Part shown: in pieces, positions 14,447-28,365 of the stretch
How the letters are laid out: each line of letters opens with the position of its first letter
How positions within the stretch are numbered: the stretch's first letter is position 1
DNA from: Nymphaea colorata
Taxonomy: Eukaryota
Direction: 5' to 3'
DNA length: 64,000 nucleotides
Assembly: GCF_008831285.2 (NCBI RefSeq)
Contig: NC_045138.2
Coordinates: forward strand, 7,068,001 to 7,132,000
Program-made: the position numbers and the translations under genes
Notes under the pieces: model-generated
The model's database searches: none
Told to the model about the DNA's origin: nothing
Seen by the model: the letters and a program-made list of their open reading frames with translations, nothing else

Positions 14447-16267
14447 GTCCTAAGGGGGTTGGCACAACACCAACTTTTTGTGGCAGTTAAAAGGGAGTCA
14501 CGGAACGCATAAGTTGAAGTGCAGAGAGAGCAGAAGTCCAAAACAAAGAAAGCAGACCCTGTACCCTAAAAGGACAAACACTTGAATAAGAGCATCAGCT
14601 GCCTACTGGCTGGTGGGTCTCCACCTGTTCACGAAGAGAAAATGAAAAAGAAAAGCTCTTGATCATTTGGGAAGAAAGAAAGGTTGGTCCATTGTGAAAA
14701 TGTTTCGTTCAGCAACCAAAGATTTTGTAAGCTCTCAAGACCACGTGAAACATGGCCAACTACTACATGCTATTAAAAATTTAAATGTCTCTTCAAAAGA
14801 AGAGAAGAGAAATTTTCAGAAAAGCACGCACCTAAACATTTGACAATTATTGCCACAAACTTTAGCTTTGAATATCATCAAATGCATAAGTATTAACAAA
14901 AACATTTGTGAGTAAATTTCTTTGGAAAGACACGTGGGTACTGAAAAACACATGAACAGATGCACCTAAAGCTTTTGATGGTACCTGAAAATTAACATAA
15001 GTTCCAAATGTTATAGAAAAATGTATTTTTCTTTCAATATAGTTGACAGAAAACCTACTTATTTGGATTGGGTTAAGTAAATTGTTTCTTTTTGAGTAGT
15101 TAACTAACATAGGTTAAATTGATGGAGTGGTACTTCTTATTATTAGCATAAAAAAGTTGGTATATTTTCAATTATGCCCAAAACCTGAGTGCTTTTAAGT
15201 AATCAGATAATTAAGTTTTAGGTCTGATTAATTCTAAATATTTCTCTTTTCCAAAAAAAGAATTAAAGAGAGAAAAAAGGAAGCTGTATTTTAAACTTTA
15301 TCAAATTTGCATGTTTCTTCAAACACGTTCAAAAGCAAGGAAAGCAATATAATTGCATGCATTAAATGAGTTTGTAAGGAGACGCAAAAAACTTTCCTTT
15401 GAGACATTTGTATCATTATTTTCCCATGGTCATTTTTTTGGTGCCCCCACTAGGGAAAATTGAATCAATGGATCAAATTCTGGTTAGATACAGCCAGTAC
15501 TGCATCTGATCCCGCTAATTCAATGTTGGATCTATGAATGCAAACTCAGTTTCATATTGGAATGAAAGAAACATCGCCATGAGTCCGAAATTTGTGACTG
15601 GCATTCTGATGAAATTACTGAAGTGGAACCCAATTTGAATGACACTTCAAATTTTGCAGCCAAACTTCATTGACCTGTTCGAATTGCCCGTGAAATCTGA
15701 CCAATGGACATCCCTAATGCCGAACTAAAGTGGTTACAATATTTGGGTGCGGCCGGGCTCCAGCGGCTGGTAGGCGGTCGGCTGGTGTGGGCAATTACCT
15801 ATACCAGCTACAACGTGCCTCCGCTACTGTTTCGACCCCACCTGCAATGCATCAAGCTGTCCTTGATTCGGCCTGTTTGCATCCCTAGCAACATAGCGGT
15901 GGGACATATGTGTTCCAAACAAATATGGACTAGACAAAAATATATGGACCCATGCATGCCTTCAAATTATTGCATAAAATGCTGACAAATCAGAAAAAGA
16001 AAAAACAGGAAAGTACGGATCCCTTCCCCCATTTCTTCAACAACCACTTTATATTTTTGCAATACTTCTTACTAGAGATCCAAGCTAGTGCTGAATATTA
16101 GAAAATATACTGGATTAAGATGCCAAGTGAAAATATATGAAGCACGAAAAGATGTTAGAATAAATTCACATTTTTTTTTTCCGATGCAACCCTGCGGGGG
16201 TAGGACCCCAATTTTTTCATAACACTCACATTTTTTCCAGGAGAACATATATGTAAGGTATGATTCT

Positions 16268-16736
16268 TTTGCCATATTCAATCTCCAATGAAAGATGCTA
16301 GGAGGTAGGCTCCCCACCATTTATTAAGAAGAACCAATATGTACACCACAAAAAAAGATGTATAGAGTGACAAGGATGCCATGCATCTATCGGTAAGTAG
16401 TAACCTCAAAAAACCAGAGCTGCTAACACAATAGCCCATCAAAAGTAATAAAAAAAACCAGGCTAAGCCAAGAAAAGGCCTGATACGACCTTTACCAAAA
16501 AACATAATTGAGCATATAAAAGGATGAACTTGTGGAGTATCTGTCAAAAGAGTCAAAGTAGTCCCTTACCAGAGAACCGATGTTGAAAGGAATTGTATCA
16601 TCTTTGAGCCTCAAGTGGTAGCTGTGGTAAGCTAAAAAACTCTATTTCTCAGGCTAGTTTCTTCTACCTTCAATAATAGACTTGAGGCTTCTGATCCATC
16701 CTTTGTTGTTGAAATGGATTTGCCATATTCAATCTC
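16268..16736 (-). mobile_element. 5'-truncated non-LTR (LINE-like) insertion with 18-bp TSD; duplicate at 25365-25810
   Basis: TTTGCCATATTCAATCTC repeated exactly at 16268-16285 and 16719-16736; minus strand has AATAAA near its 3' end. The LINE assignment is inferred from TSD length. Confidence 0.6.
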
Positions 16737-16792
16737 GACTGCACATTTTTAGATGCACAATTTTCTAGTGAGATCTGCTACTAGAGATAGAA

Positions 16793-17131
16793 TGCAATAC
16801 TCTTACTTTAAAAAATTTTGTGTCATATCTAAGATTGTGAATAATCTTAAGAGACTCATACAAAAAGTTATTAAGTGGTTGATTATCCTGGTCCTTATCA
16901 TTTTTGAGGCCGGAGCCTACTAGGGGTGGGTTGGAATCCATCGGACTTGGAGCCCGTGTCCAATGTGGGAGTGGGTCGGGTTGTTACAGTTGGTACCAGA
17001 ACCGATTTAACATTTGGACTTGGGGCCTTACATGTTGTGGAGGCGTGTATCTCTTAAGAGGAGTGGATTGTAATGCCCACTTTAAAAAATTTAGTCTTAT
17101 ATCTAAGATTATGAGAATCAGTATGAGACTC
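16793..17131 (+). mobile_element. TRIM (terminal-repeat retrotransposon in miniature), 3' LTR truncated; duplicate at 25867-~26190
   Basis: LTR TGCAATAC...GTTACA (16793-16988), PBS-like TGGTACCAGAAC (16991-17002, cf. tRNA-Met PBS TGGTATCAGAGC), PPT AAGAGGAGTGGA, then TGTAATGCCCACTTTAAAAAATTT repeating the LTR start at 17069. Confidence 0.85.
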
Positions 17132-17801
17132 GAGTTGTGTGAACAATCCTCTCATTCACTTGATCACTTGAAGCTAGGCATAGCCAGACTGAGGGAAAAT
17201 TTACTAGTGAATGTTGTCACAACTTTTCATTTGACCAATGTAAAAAGTTTAAAGTTTTTCTTGAAGTTTTTTCAGAAACAATATGCCAAGATATGAATAT
17301 TGAGCCCTCAAGTAATCCAGCTCGAGGGTCTTGAGTCCAAAGCCCTAGCGAGATTAACCATGATTATTCGACACAAAAGATATCTCTTTGAACATGTGAT
17401 TTGGCAGATTATGCTATTTGCTTGTGAAGAATATGCATTCTCATGTACACCAACATAATTATATCGAATAAATGAACTTCTTTATTCAGAAAGAGATGGC
17501 TAGAGTTGACCAAAACCGTACGTTTGGATTCATTTTCCACTAACATAAGCTTTATTTTATGTACGCTACACTACACAACAGTTAGCAAATAAGCACATCT
17601 ATGTCATTCATGCAGTGGTTCAATGTGGACGTGAACTCAACGTGAAGCAAACAATTGAACTCAACGTGAAGCAAACAATTCTGTAAAGCCAAAACTTGGT
17701 TTCACCAGCCTCAACTTTCACTGCAGTTAACTTAGATGTAAATGATCCAGTATATCCAAATTTTGAATCCTGATCCACTCAGGTTTCGTAATCCCATGTT
17801 A

Positions 17802-18208
17802 ATTTTTTTTTTCTATATATGAGAAGATGATCTAAAGAGGCCGAAACCCCTCCCTCTTTCTCCCTGCCCTGGGAGTCTAGGTCTGTTTTGATACTTGGGT
17901 GGAGTGTTGGACAGTACCTTCAACTAAGAGAGTATTTAGCAGCTGGAACACTATCGGAACCTGAAATAATGAATCTACCCGAAGGACTAGGCAAGTTCTT
18001 GGGATCAGTGATAGATGAATCTACCTCAATTTGGGGCAGGTTCATGGAACACTCGTGTGGCATAGAACACTCTGTGTGGCATTCTAGTTGTCAAACTTAT
18101 GCATCACACACCCACCATTTGTAATCCAGGACAATAACGCCCATGGGAATCGATGACTGACCTTTCAGTGCTCCAGTGTCCAAACAATTATGCTATGCCC
18201 CTCGGGGC
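17802..18208 (-). mobile_element. tRNA-derived SINE-like element; duplicate ~26850-27245
   Basis: Minus strand begins GCCCCGAGGGGCATAGCATAATTG (A-box-like), has TCGATTCCC (B-box-like, ~18145-18157) and ends in an A-rich tail. Confidence 0.6.
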
Positions 18209-19283
18209 TATCTGTGGCAGGAGAGCATATCTCCTTGAATCATACAATATGAACCAGATTCTCGATTTACATCAGTTCATTATATGCATCCTTTATTTCT
18301 TATGGAAACCATAGTTACTTCTTTTTGAACCGTATAATTCCATGTGTAACAGTAGGCATATGAAACTGAATGTTAAATTATGCACCTAATGCCAATGTAT
18401 TAATTTTTTTATTTTTGGTGTCAGCGTCTGGAAGGTACACTTTTGTGTCACATGATGTGGAGTCAAGAAAATAATCAGTAAATGCCGGCATGAATCGAAG
18501 CAGTGGCCCATGGAACGTGGATTTCCTGGTCATATGGGGTCAAGGAAATATTATTTCTATCTATATATAATATATGGTACCTTGCCTTTGGGTCCATCAA
18601 ATTTGTACGTAGCAAAGACATTGTGTAAATATATATGTTATAATATTAATTAGCAGCATTTGGTGATATATATGTCGACGGGGTTGGTATCTTTATCGAC
18701 AATGACTATACAACATTTACACTAACTTCATTACCAATAGAAAGAAAACAAAAAAAACATCTAGTTTCAAGTGTAGTTAGGTGGGCTCGAGACTTATGAA
18801 AAGGCATCCTACTTTGATTCATGTGGGCACTATGCTTTTTAAGGTGTGACGTAGTACATGTGCAGCTGCCTATAAACCATTAAGGCAGGGGATATATATA
18901 TATTTTTTGCATGCTTAAAACTAATGACAAACTCATATTCGCCCTTAGGTTTGATCCATACATTCAAAAATCTGTGATTCAAATACATCTTTTTTTGTTC
19001 TTGTCGTTGTTGTTTTTTTTTTCTGTTTGGTATTCATTACGCAAAGAGAACTAGTATACTTTGTTCATGATTTTAAATTTCTACTTGTTGCTAAGCTTAT
19101 TGGATGAAAAACATCACCAGATTATCAGTGGCACGAAGAATAATAATAGAACAAGACAGATAAGAGGTTAAAGAATAATATTCTTTGTTCCAAAGTATAT
19201 ATCATGATTCTCAATCATGCATTTAGTATTGGCATCACTTTCTTCCTTCTTAATTATTATGTGAATGTACAGTAAGCATGCCT

Positions 19284-19351
<68 letters not shown>

Positions 19352-19718
19352 CTGCCAGATGCTAACAAATCAAAATTTGTCCATATTAACCTTTGTCAAA
19401 AGCACCGTGAGTTGTCACTGCATACTAAACGTACTAGGGCCCTTATAGCAGTTGATTTTTAACAACAGATTTTTAGTTTTTATCCATCCAGTAACATGCG
19501 GTGGTAAATCCTCTCACTCACCATGCAGACTGATGGTCCTAAACATGTAGGATTGTAAAATTTGTTTACACGAAAAGAAACTTGATTTTTTTTTGTTTCT
19601 TACATATTTGAATATTTCGAAGCAGTTTATATAATTAGATCTATAGAAATGCAAAAAGTAATAGAGGGGCACTTGGGAGGCAGGTTTGGAAATGCTAACT
19701 GTATAAGTACAAGAACTA

Positions 19719-19968
19719 CGTAGTCTTTCAAGGGGTTGGTGCAATGGTTAGGACGGAGACTAATAGGCAGTCAGTTTTTGTTTTGAATCATCAGCGCATT
19801 AACTCTGGCAAAAAAAAAGTGCAAGTTATTGACATGCAAGTTGAAATATGGTGGGAGGCGCACCCCTATCTAGTTATCGAAAGCAGACCCTATGTCTTCA
19901 GGAAACGAGAGATTGGGTGAGAGCTTCGACTCTTTTGTGAACGGATGATAGGATGAAATACTCCTCCG
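19719..19968 (+). mobile_element. SINE-like insertion with 12-bp TSD; duplicate ~28777-29024
   Basis: GTACAAGAACTA at 19707-19718 and 19969-19980; TTGGTGCAATGG A-box-like and TTTGAATC / GTTTCGAATC B-box-like motifs; absent from the older paralog at ~9780. Confidence 0.8.
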
Positions 19969-20833
19969 GTACAAGAACTATAGATAATGAAATCTACATA
20001 GAATTGACATAATCAATAGTTCACATGGTGCCACACGTAAAGTTATTTTTTACAAAATAAATGAATGAATATTTACATTTTGATTGGTTAGATGTCCCTT
20101 CAATTATTTTAACTTTCATTGTCACTTAGAATATAAGAGAGAGAGAGGCACGAGTGTTCAATTTTTAAGTCTATTTTTTATCAGTAATAAACTTGTGTTG
20201 ATATCTTACTAATTAACTAAAAATTGAAGACCACAAAGCTTAATTTGTCATTGTTTATTACCAAAAATGATACGCCAAACCCAGGAACCCGTTCATCATA
20301 ATGGGCAAGTTCAAGTTATAGTTGTATGTTAAAACAAAGAAACTACTATGAAATTCGGAAATCTAAAACATCTCAGTTTTAAGGATTAAACATGTGTTTC
20401 TAGTTGAAGGCAAAAGTTTTACTTCTTGCGAATTTTTTTGAACAAAATAAGTAACAGCGGCCCATGAATTTTTGACTCCTCACTTGAGCATTGAAAAAAA
20501 AAAATCTAAGAAGCAAAACTTTTTGACAAATATATCTCTTTTAATTTTCTAATTTTTACTTGCAAATTAAAGTCTTGCTGCCAATCAAACAGTTACTAAT
20601 CGCGCCTGCTGTAACCTGTTCCCGTAGTAAATTACAGCAAGCTGACAATTCATTTTAGTGCTCTAATAAAAGTTAAATCTTCTTAGTAGTTAATTTTACA
20701 GATTGACTTCTTCCACCCAAAGCCTGTTGCGCTTCTAAGAAAGGTAGACCAGCAGAATCTCTCTCTCTCTCTCTTTAAGACATTAGCAATAGCAGTCGTT
20801 CTCTACGTGCAGTTACAAGCGCCAGCCTAAGAC

Positions 20834-20871
<38 letters not shown>

Positions 20872-20876
20872 GACAT

Positions 20877-21096
20877 GCATTGAGTGGATCTGATTAATTA
20901 TACTGTCCGATTCAATGCATGGGGCAGTGTACTATGAAATTGGAGGATTCCTATGCCCAAACAGAGACAGAAAAACCCACAAATCCTACACACACAGTAT
21001 TTGGTAGGTCTTTGGTAGGTCTCAGGCCACTAGGTCAGTGATAAAATTGAGACCACTTAAAATCAATTATTAAAAACACTTTTTTGTATAATGTAA

Positions 21097-21172
<76 letters not shown>

Positions 21173-21389
21173 TAAGACCTGCATTGGGTGGATGTGTTTA
21201 ATTATACTGACTGATTCAATGCATTGGGCAGTGTACTATGAAAGAGGGTGGATTTCTATGCTCAAACAGAGAGAGAAATCCACATATCCTACATACACAC
21301 AGAGTATTTGGTAGATCCCAGGCCACTAGGTCAGGAATAAAATTGAGACCACTTAAAATTAATTATTCAAAACACTTTTTGGTATAATG

Positions 21390-21392
<3 letters not shown>
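20877..21392 (+). repeat. Local tandem pair of a ~215-bp unit (20877-21096, 21181-21392) separated and flanked by (CA)n/(TA)n
   Basis: GCATTG.GTGGAT...GAGACCACTTAAAAT..ATTAT...TATAATGTAA occurs twice; only one copy in the paralog at ~29860-30073. Confidence 0.9.
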
Positions 21393-21483
<91 letters not shown>

Positions 21484-22102
21484 TTGTATACATAAGCTAG
21501 TCATTTTTTAAATTCAAGATGTTTTTATAATAATAAAAATCGATGGCACTTCTGTCAACAAATCTTTTAATAGTAGAAAAGTCAACATTTTTCTTAATTT
21601 TAATTTGAACTGTGACATATTTTATGTTCAAAACATTTATAAACACATTACAATGTGTCTAAAATTCCTATTGGAAGAGTGCATAATAGCATGGATAAGC
21701 TCATGTCAACCCGTCAATTTGGGATCCAATTCAGGATTTTCCTTGGGACGTGTTGGAAAGAATCGAAATGTAATAATATCAATTCATACAAAAGAAAATT
21801 GATTCAAACACTGTACCTATGGGAAAGAGATAGAGGGAGATTAAAGAAACTGAAGATTTCACATAGTACTTTTGATCGAAAAATCAATCTAATTGATTTT
21901 CGTTCGATGAGAAAAGCGATCATTTGACAGAAATTTAAGTTTATCTCTGACCTAGTGATCTGACATTTTGGAATTACAATACATATATTTCTGGCCATCT
22001 TGAACTTCATCCAATCACAAACGCCCCGATGCAATATAAAATAAAAGGCAATGCAATAAAATAAGAGGCATAAGGATTTTCGGCATCCAAACATAAATGG
22101 AA

Positions 22103-22212
<110 letters not shown>

Positions 22213-23961
22213 CTTCCATACTTTATAGGGTCATTATTTTTATACTATTTGTTTGCAGTCAAATCCTTATGAGTTGGCCTCCTAACATTAATACAAATAA
22301 AACGAAAGAGATTCTTATACTTGATTACCACCACATTTTGGATCCCAAGAATCATGTTGCTTCAAGTAGAAGCCGAGTTTTGCCTAGTCTTTTCATCATT
22401 TGATAATTTAATCAGGAGAAGGAAGATTCCATTCTTCCTTCTCATTCAATTATTAATTGTGAGTCTTAAGAAGCGTGCTTCAATGGTTCCAATGCAGATT
22501 GGCATATCCGAATACATACACATAGACATACATACACATAAAACCCTTGCTAAATTAGAAGGTCACTATTTTGAGATGTTGGATAGTTGCCGAATTGTTA
22601 AAATTTAAAAATTCATTACCGTAACTCATCGTTAAAACACCATAAACCCTTGCTAATGCGAATGCATTAATTGTTTCTTAGTGTTAAAATTGTAAATCAG
22701 ATCACACAAATGAATGTTTCAGTTTTCAGGTGAATAGGAGGAGTATCTCGACACCCAAGTAAAAGTGAAAGCCTCTCTTTCCCTCGCTCTATGACTGCAT
22801 TGATATCTAGTGTAGAATCTTCAATGTTGACTGCTAGTATAATAGTCGAAGGGGAGGCGTCGTCGCCTCATGCCACTTGAACCCCTTGGAGCATGTGAAA
22901 CTTGTAATTGACGAGTAAGGTTTCAAAAGAAGTGCACTGAGTCAGTGACCATAGTCATGTGAGGAACCTCGATCACATCACATGGTTTGATGCGATGCTT
23001 CAGGTAGTTGTGATTAAATTGAACTTAAAATGGCTACATATATATAAATATAAATAGAGATATAAATAAATAAATAAATAAATTATATATATATATATAT
23101 ATATAGTTCATAGATATTCCTGTGGACTATGTCTATGACCAGTGTGGAGATCCAAATACCGACGTGAGTCACACGTGGATGAGTATTTAATTGCTTCCTC
23201 TCAAAAGCCAAAGTCACAGATGTGCTAAGCAAGTAGCCTTTGCTGCTAGATGATTTCTTTTGGTTATTAGCAAACAAGCTATAAATACATGAACAATTTT
23301 TAGGAGAATGACTTTTCATGCTTCAAGAAACCTACCCCTTATTGGGAGGCTAACTGTTCAACCCCAAAAAGTCAATATCGTGGATCACATCTGTACTGCT
23401 GAAAAATAGATATATATATATATATATATCTGTACGTTTAGTTTAAAAAATATTAAAAAGTTGTTGCAGTTGTTCTAATTAAATTTAGTTATTTGGACCG
23501 AGTTACATAGATCTCACAACCCTAGTTGTTATGATCACATCTAATTGCTAAAATGTATTGAACATTATAAATTAAGTAGTTGATCTGATGCATGTTGAAT
23601 CTTAATGCATTATATCCCTTTTATTTGTTAAACAAATTGCAAAGATGGCAAAAATATCACATATTTCACAAAGAGGTGTGCCATTGATATTCAACTCTTC
23701 TACGTGAGAGGGCAGAAGGACAGTTGAAGCTCTCCCCAATTGTTTCTTCACTCCCACAATCCAGGGCCGCATTGCTGCCTAATATGGGCCTGGTGGCTGT
23801 CTAAAACAACTTGACCCACTTCTTTTATCCCATTAGCATAGAGGGTAAGCCCCCACAAGAATCGAATTAGCAACAAAAAATTTCACCTGATACGATACCC
23901 GCTCGACCAACTACACTATGCCCTTTGGGACCATTGATTTGTACTCGCCATCTCCTTTTGC

Positions 23962-24140
23962 CAGTGGGGGAGCCATGATTTTTTAGCCTTGGGGCACTTC
24001 CACTGGTAACATAAATTTGGTGTGGGCACTGTATACAATTTTGGAGTCATAACAATGTACTGTTGAGATATTTTAATTTGATTTTTAATGGGCTGGTGTG
24101 GGCAGTGGCCCACCCCAGCCAACAAGTAGCTCCGCTACTG
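23962..24140. mobile_element. hAT-type MITE (CAGTGGCGGAGC family); duplicate 31930-32105; degenerate relatives near 3.5, 4.1-4.28, 12.15, 15.8, 35.3 and 43.9 kb
   Basis: Ends CAGTGGGGGAGC / GCTCCGCTACTG; 8-bp TSD CCTTCAGC intact on the right here and on the left in the duplicate. Confidence 0.8.
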
Positions 24141-27100
24141 CCTTCAGCTTGAAGGGTGATCTAAGTCCAACCCCGTGGCCAGGTAGCAGAGCTTTTGTTG
24201 ACAGCATGTCGCCCTTTTTGATATAAAAAGCGGTCACACTTGGACTTGAACAAGTGAATTTAGAATGAAAGGCCCAAGTAAGGTTTACTTTGGAACCAAA
24301 TTGGCAGCTACAACTAAAAAAGCCTCATTTAAAATGGCAGCACTATCATTGTGAGAGGCAATTCATAATAGCTTCTTTTGTATGGTCGGCCTCAAAATTT
24401 TCCTTTATAATACTGTCTTACTTAAATTTGAAGCATCATTTATTAGTAGCATATGCAATTGCATGAGATGTGTAAATGGGACTTGCTAATGTTTGTGCAC
24501 TTTTATTAAAGAATAAAGAAGCCCTCAAGTGACCACATCAAGTGCTAATGACCCACTAACCTCGTTTAGTAAAGAAATAATAAAAAAAATCAAGAAAGCT
24601 CTACTGCGAAATCAGACAAATGAAAATTTACCCCATGAGCTCACTCACTTGGTTAAGGGAGAGATCGTCATGAGAAAAGATTTAGTGAGGCTTAGATCCT
24701 TAGTAGGATCACAGTGAGCAGGAGGTTAACAACCTATTGTCTTGGAAAAAAGCCCAAAATCTCCTTATTCAGTCTACCTCTCTGGGAAGCATCGGGAAGC
24801 TAGGTAGGGTAAGGCTAAGCCGGGGCATCGAGCCGGCCCGGCCCAATAAGGAGTCGAGTTCGGGCCAGCCTGACACCCGAAACCCGGGCCTAGTCCAGCT
24901 ACAACGTGGCTCAGCCACTGTTTCGACCCCACTAGCAATGCATCTAGCTGTCCTTGATCCGGCCCGCTTGCATCCCTAGCAACATAGTGGTGGAACATAT
25001 GTGTTCCAAACAAATATGGACCAGAGAAAAATATATGGACCCATGCATGCCTTCAAATTATTGCATAAAATGCTGACAAATCAGAAAAAAAAAACAGGAA
25101 AGTATGGACCCCTTCCCCCATTTCTTCAAGGTTACTTTATATTTTTTCAGTACTTCTCACTAGAGATCCATGCTAGTGCTGAATATTAGAAAATATACTG
25201 GAATAAGATGCCAAGTGAAAATATATGAAGCACAATAAGATGTTAGAATAAATTCACATTTTTTTTCCAATGTAACCCTGCGGGGGTAGGACCCCAATTT
25301 TTTCATAACGCTCACATTTTTTCTAGGAGAATATGCATGTAAGGGCATAGCGTATTATGATTCTTTTGCCATATTCAATCTCCAATGAAGGATGCTCGGA
25401 GGTAGGCTCCCCACCATTTATTAAGAAAGAACAATATGTACACGACAAAAAAGTTGTACAGAGTGACGAGGATATCATGCATCTATCGGTAAGTAGTAAG
25501 CTCAAAAAACCAGAGTTGCTAACACAACAACCCCTCACAAGTAATAAAAAAATCAGGCTAAGCCTACTGAAAAACATAATTGAACATATAAAAGGATCAA
25601 CTTGTAGAGTATCTGTCAAAAGAGTCAAAGCAGTCCTTACCAGAGAACCGATGTTGAAAGGAATTGTATCATCTTGGAGCCTCTAGTGGTAGCTGTGGTC
25701 AGTTAAAAAACTCCATTTCTCAGGCCAGTTTCTTCTACCTTCAATAATAGACTTGAGAAATCATCTGATCCATCCTTTGTTGTTGAAATGGATTTGCCAT
25801 ATTCAATCTCGACTGCACATTTTTACATGCACAATTTTCTAGTGAGATCTGCTACTAGAGATAAAATGCAATACTCTTACTTTAAAAATTTTTGTGTCAT
25901 CGAAGATTGTGAATAATATTCAGGGACTCATACTAGAAGTTATTAAGTGGTTGATTATCTTGGTTCTTATCATTTTTGAGGCTGGAGCCTAGTGGGGGGC
26001 GGGTTGGAATCCATTGGACTAGGAGCCCGTGTCCAATGTGAGAGTGGGCCGGGTTGTTACAGTTGGTACCAGAACCGATTCAACATTCGGACTTGGGGCC
26101 TTACATGTTGTGGAGGCGCGTATCTTAAGAGGAATGGATTGTAACGCCCACTTAAAAAAAATAATCTTATATCTAATGAGAATGAGTATGAGGGCAAGAT
26201 GAAGGGGGGGGGGGGGGTGCATTCGCTTGATCACTTGAATCTAGGCATAGAAAACAAAAGGGGGTCCAGGCAGGGGTAGACTTGGGAAAATAAAAAACAA
26301 CTTTTCATTTTACCAATGTAAAAAGTTTAAAGTTGTTCTTGAAGTTTCTTTAGAAACAATATGCCAAGATATGAATATTGAGCTCTCCAAGTGCTTCAGC
26401 TCGAGGGTCTTGAGTCCGAAGACCTAGCGAGATCAACAATGATTATTCGACACAAAAGATATCTCTTTGAACATGTGATTTGGCAGATTATGCTATTTGC
26501 TTGTGAAGAACATGGATTCCCATGTACACCAACATAATTATATCGAATAAATGAACTTCTTTATTATGGGTAGAGTTGACCAAAACCGTGCGTTTGGATT
26601 CATTTTCCACTAACATAAGCTTTATTTTATGTACGCTACACTATACAACAGTTAGCAAATATGCACATCTATGTCATTCATGCAGTGGTTCAATGTGAAC
26701 GTGAACTCAACGTGAAGCAAACAATTCTGTAAAGCCAAAACTTGGTTTCACCAGCCTCAACTTTCACTGCAGTTAAATTAGATGTAAATGATCCAATATA
26801 TCCAAATTTTGAATCCAGATCCAGTCGAGTTTCCTAATCGCATGTTAATTTTTTTTTCTATATATGAGAAGATGATCTGAAGAGGCCGAAATCCTTCCCT
26901 CTTCCTCCCTGCCCCGAGAGTCTAGGTCTGTTTTGATACTTGGGTGGAGTGTTGGACAGTACCTTAAACTAAGGGAGTATTTAGCAGCTGGAACACTATA
27001 GGAACATGGAACATGAAATCATGAATCCACCCCAAGGACTAGGCAAGTTGTTGGATAATTGAGTTCCAATGATAAATGAATCTACCTCAATTTTGGAGCA

Positions 27101-28310
27101 GGTTCATAAAACACTTGTGTGGCATTCTAGTTGCCGAACTTACGCGTCACACACTCACTAATCCAGGAAAATAACGCCCATGAGAATCGACGACTGACCT
27201 TTCAGTGCTCCAGTGTCCAATCAATTACGCTATGCCCCTCGGGGCTATCTATTGCAGGTGAGCATATCTCCATGAATCATATAATATGAACCAGATTCTC
27301 GATTTACATTAGTTCATTATATGCATCCTTTATTTCTTATGGAAACCAGACTTATCTTCTTTTTGAACCGTATAATTCCATGTGTAACAGTAGGCATATG
27401 AAACTGAATGTTAAATTATGCACCTAATGCCAATGTATTAATATTTTTCTTTTTTTGGTGTCAGCGTCTGGAAGGTACATTTGTGTCACATGACATGGAG
27501 TCAAGAAAATAATCAGTAAACGCCGGCATGAATCGAAGCAGTGGCCCACGGAACGTGGATTTTCTGGTCATATGGAGTCAAGATAATATTATTTCTATGT
27601 ATGATATATGGTACCTTGCCTTTGGGTCCATCAAATTTTTACGTAACAAAGACATTGTGTAAATATATATGTTATAATATTAATTAGTAGCATTTGGTGA
27701 ATGTATATGTCGACGGGGTAGGTATCTTTATCGACAATGACCTTATAACATTTACACTAATTTCATTACCTAAAGAGAAAAAAAGAGCATATCTAGCCTC
27801 AACGCGTGAAAAGACGCATCCTACTTTGATTCATGTGGGCACTATAATTCTTTGTTTTAAGTGGTGTGACACAGTACAGTGTGCAGTTGCCTAGGACCCA
27901 TTAACGGAGAGGGTATTTTTTTCTTTTTTTTTAAGAGGGTTTAAGGAAGTATGTTTCCATACATGCTTAAAACCATGACAAACTCATATTCGCCCTTAGA
28001 TTTGATCCATACATTCGAAAATCTGTGATTCAAAATTTTTTTTTTTCTGTTTGGTATTCATTACGCAAAGAGAACTAGTATACTTTGTTCATGATTTTAA
28101 ATTTCTACTTGTTGCTAAGGTTATGGGATGAAGAAAATCACCAGATTATCAGTGGGACGAAGAATAATAATAGAACAAGACAGATAAGAGGTTAAAGAAT
28201 AATATTCTTTGTTCCAAAGTATATATCATGATTCTCAATCATGCATGTAGTATTGGCATCACTTTCTTCCTTCTTAATTATTGTGTGAATGTACAGTAAG
28301 CATGCCTTCA

Positions 28311-28365
<55 letters not shown>

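Noticed and set aside
20572..20645. Small imperfect hairpin kept in both duplicates (29585-29652)
   Set aside because: Stems of only 7-9 bp with large bulges; conservation is explained by recent duplication
27040..27056. GGCAAGTTGTT resembling miR169*
   Set aside because: No AGCCAAGGATGACTTGCC arm upstream; lies inside a SINE body and differs in the duplicate
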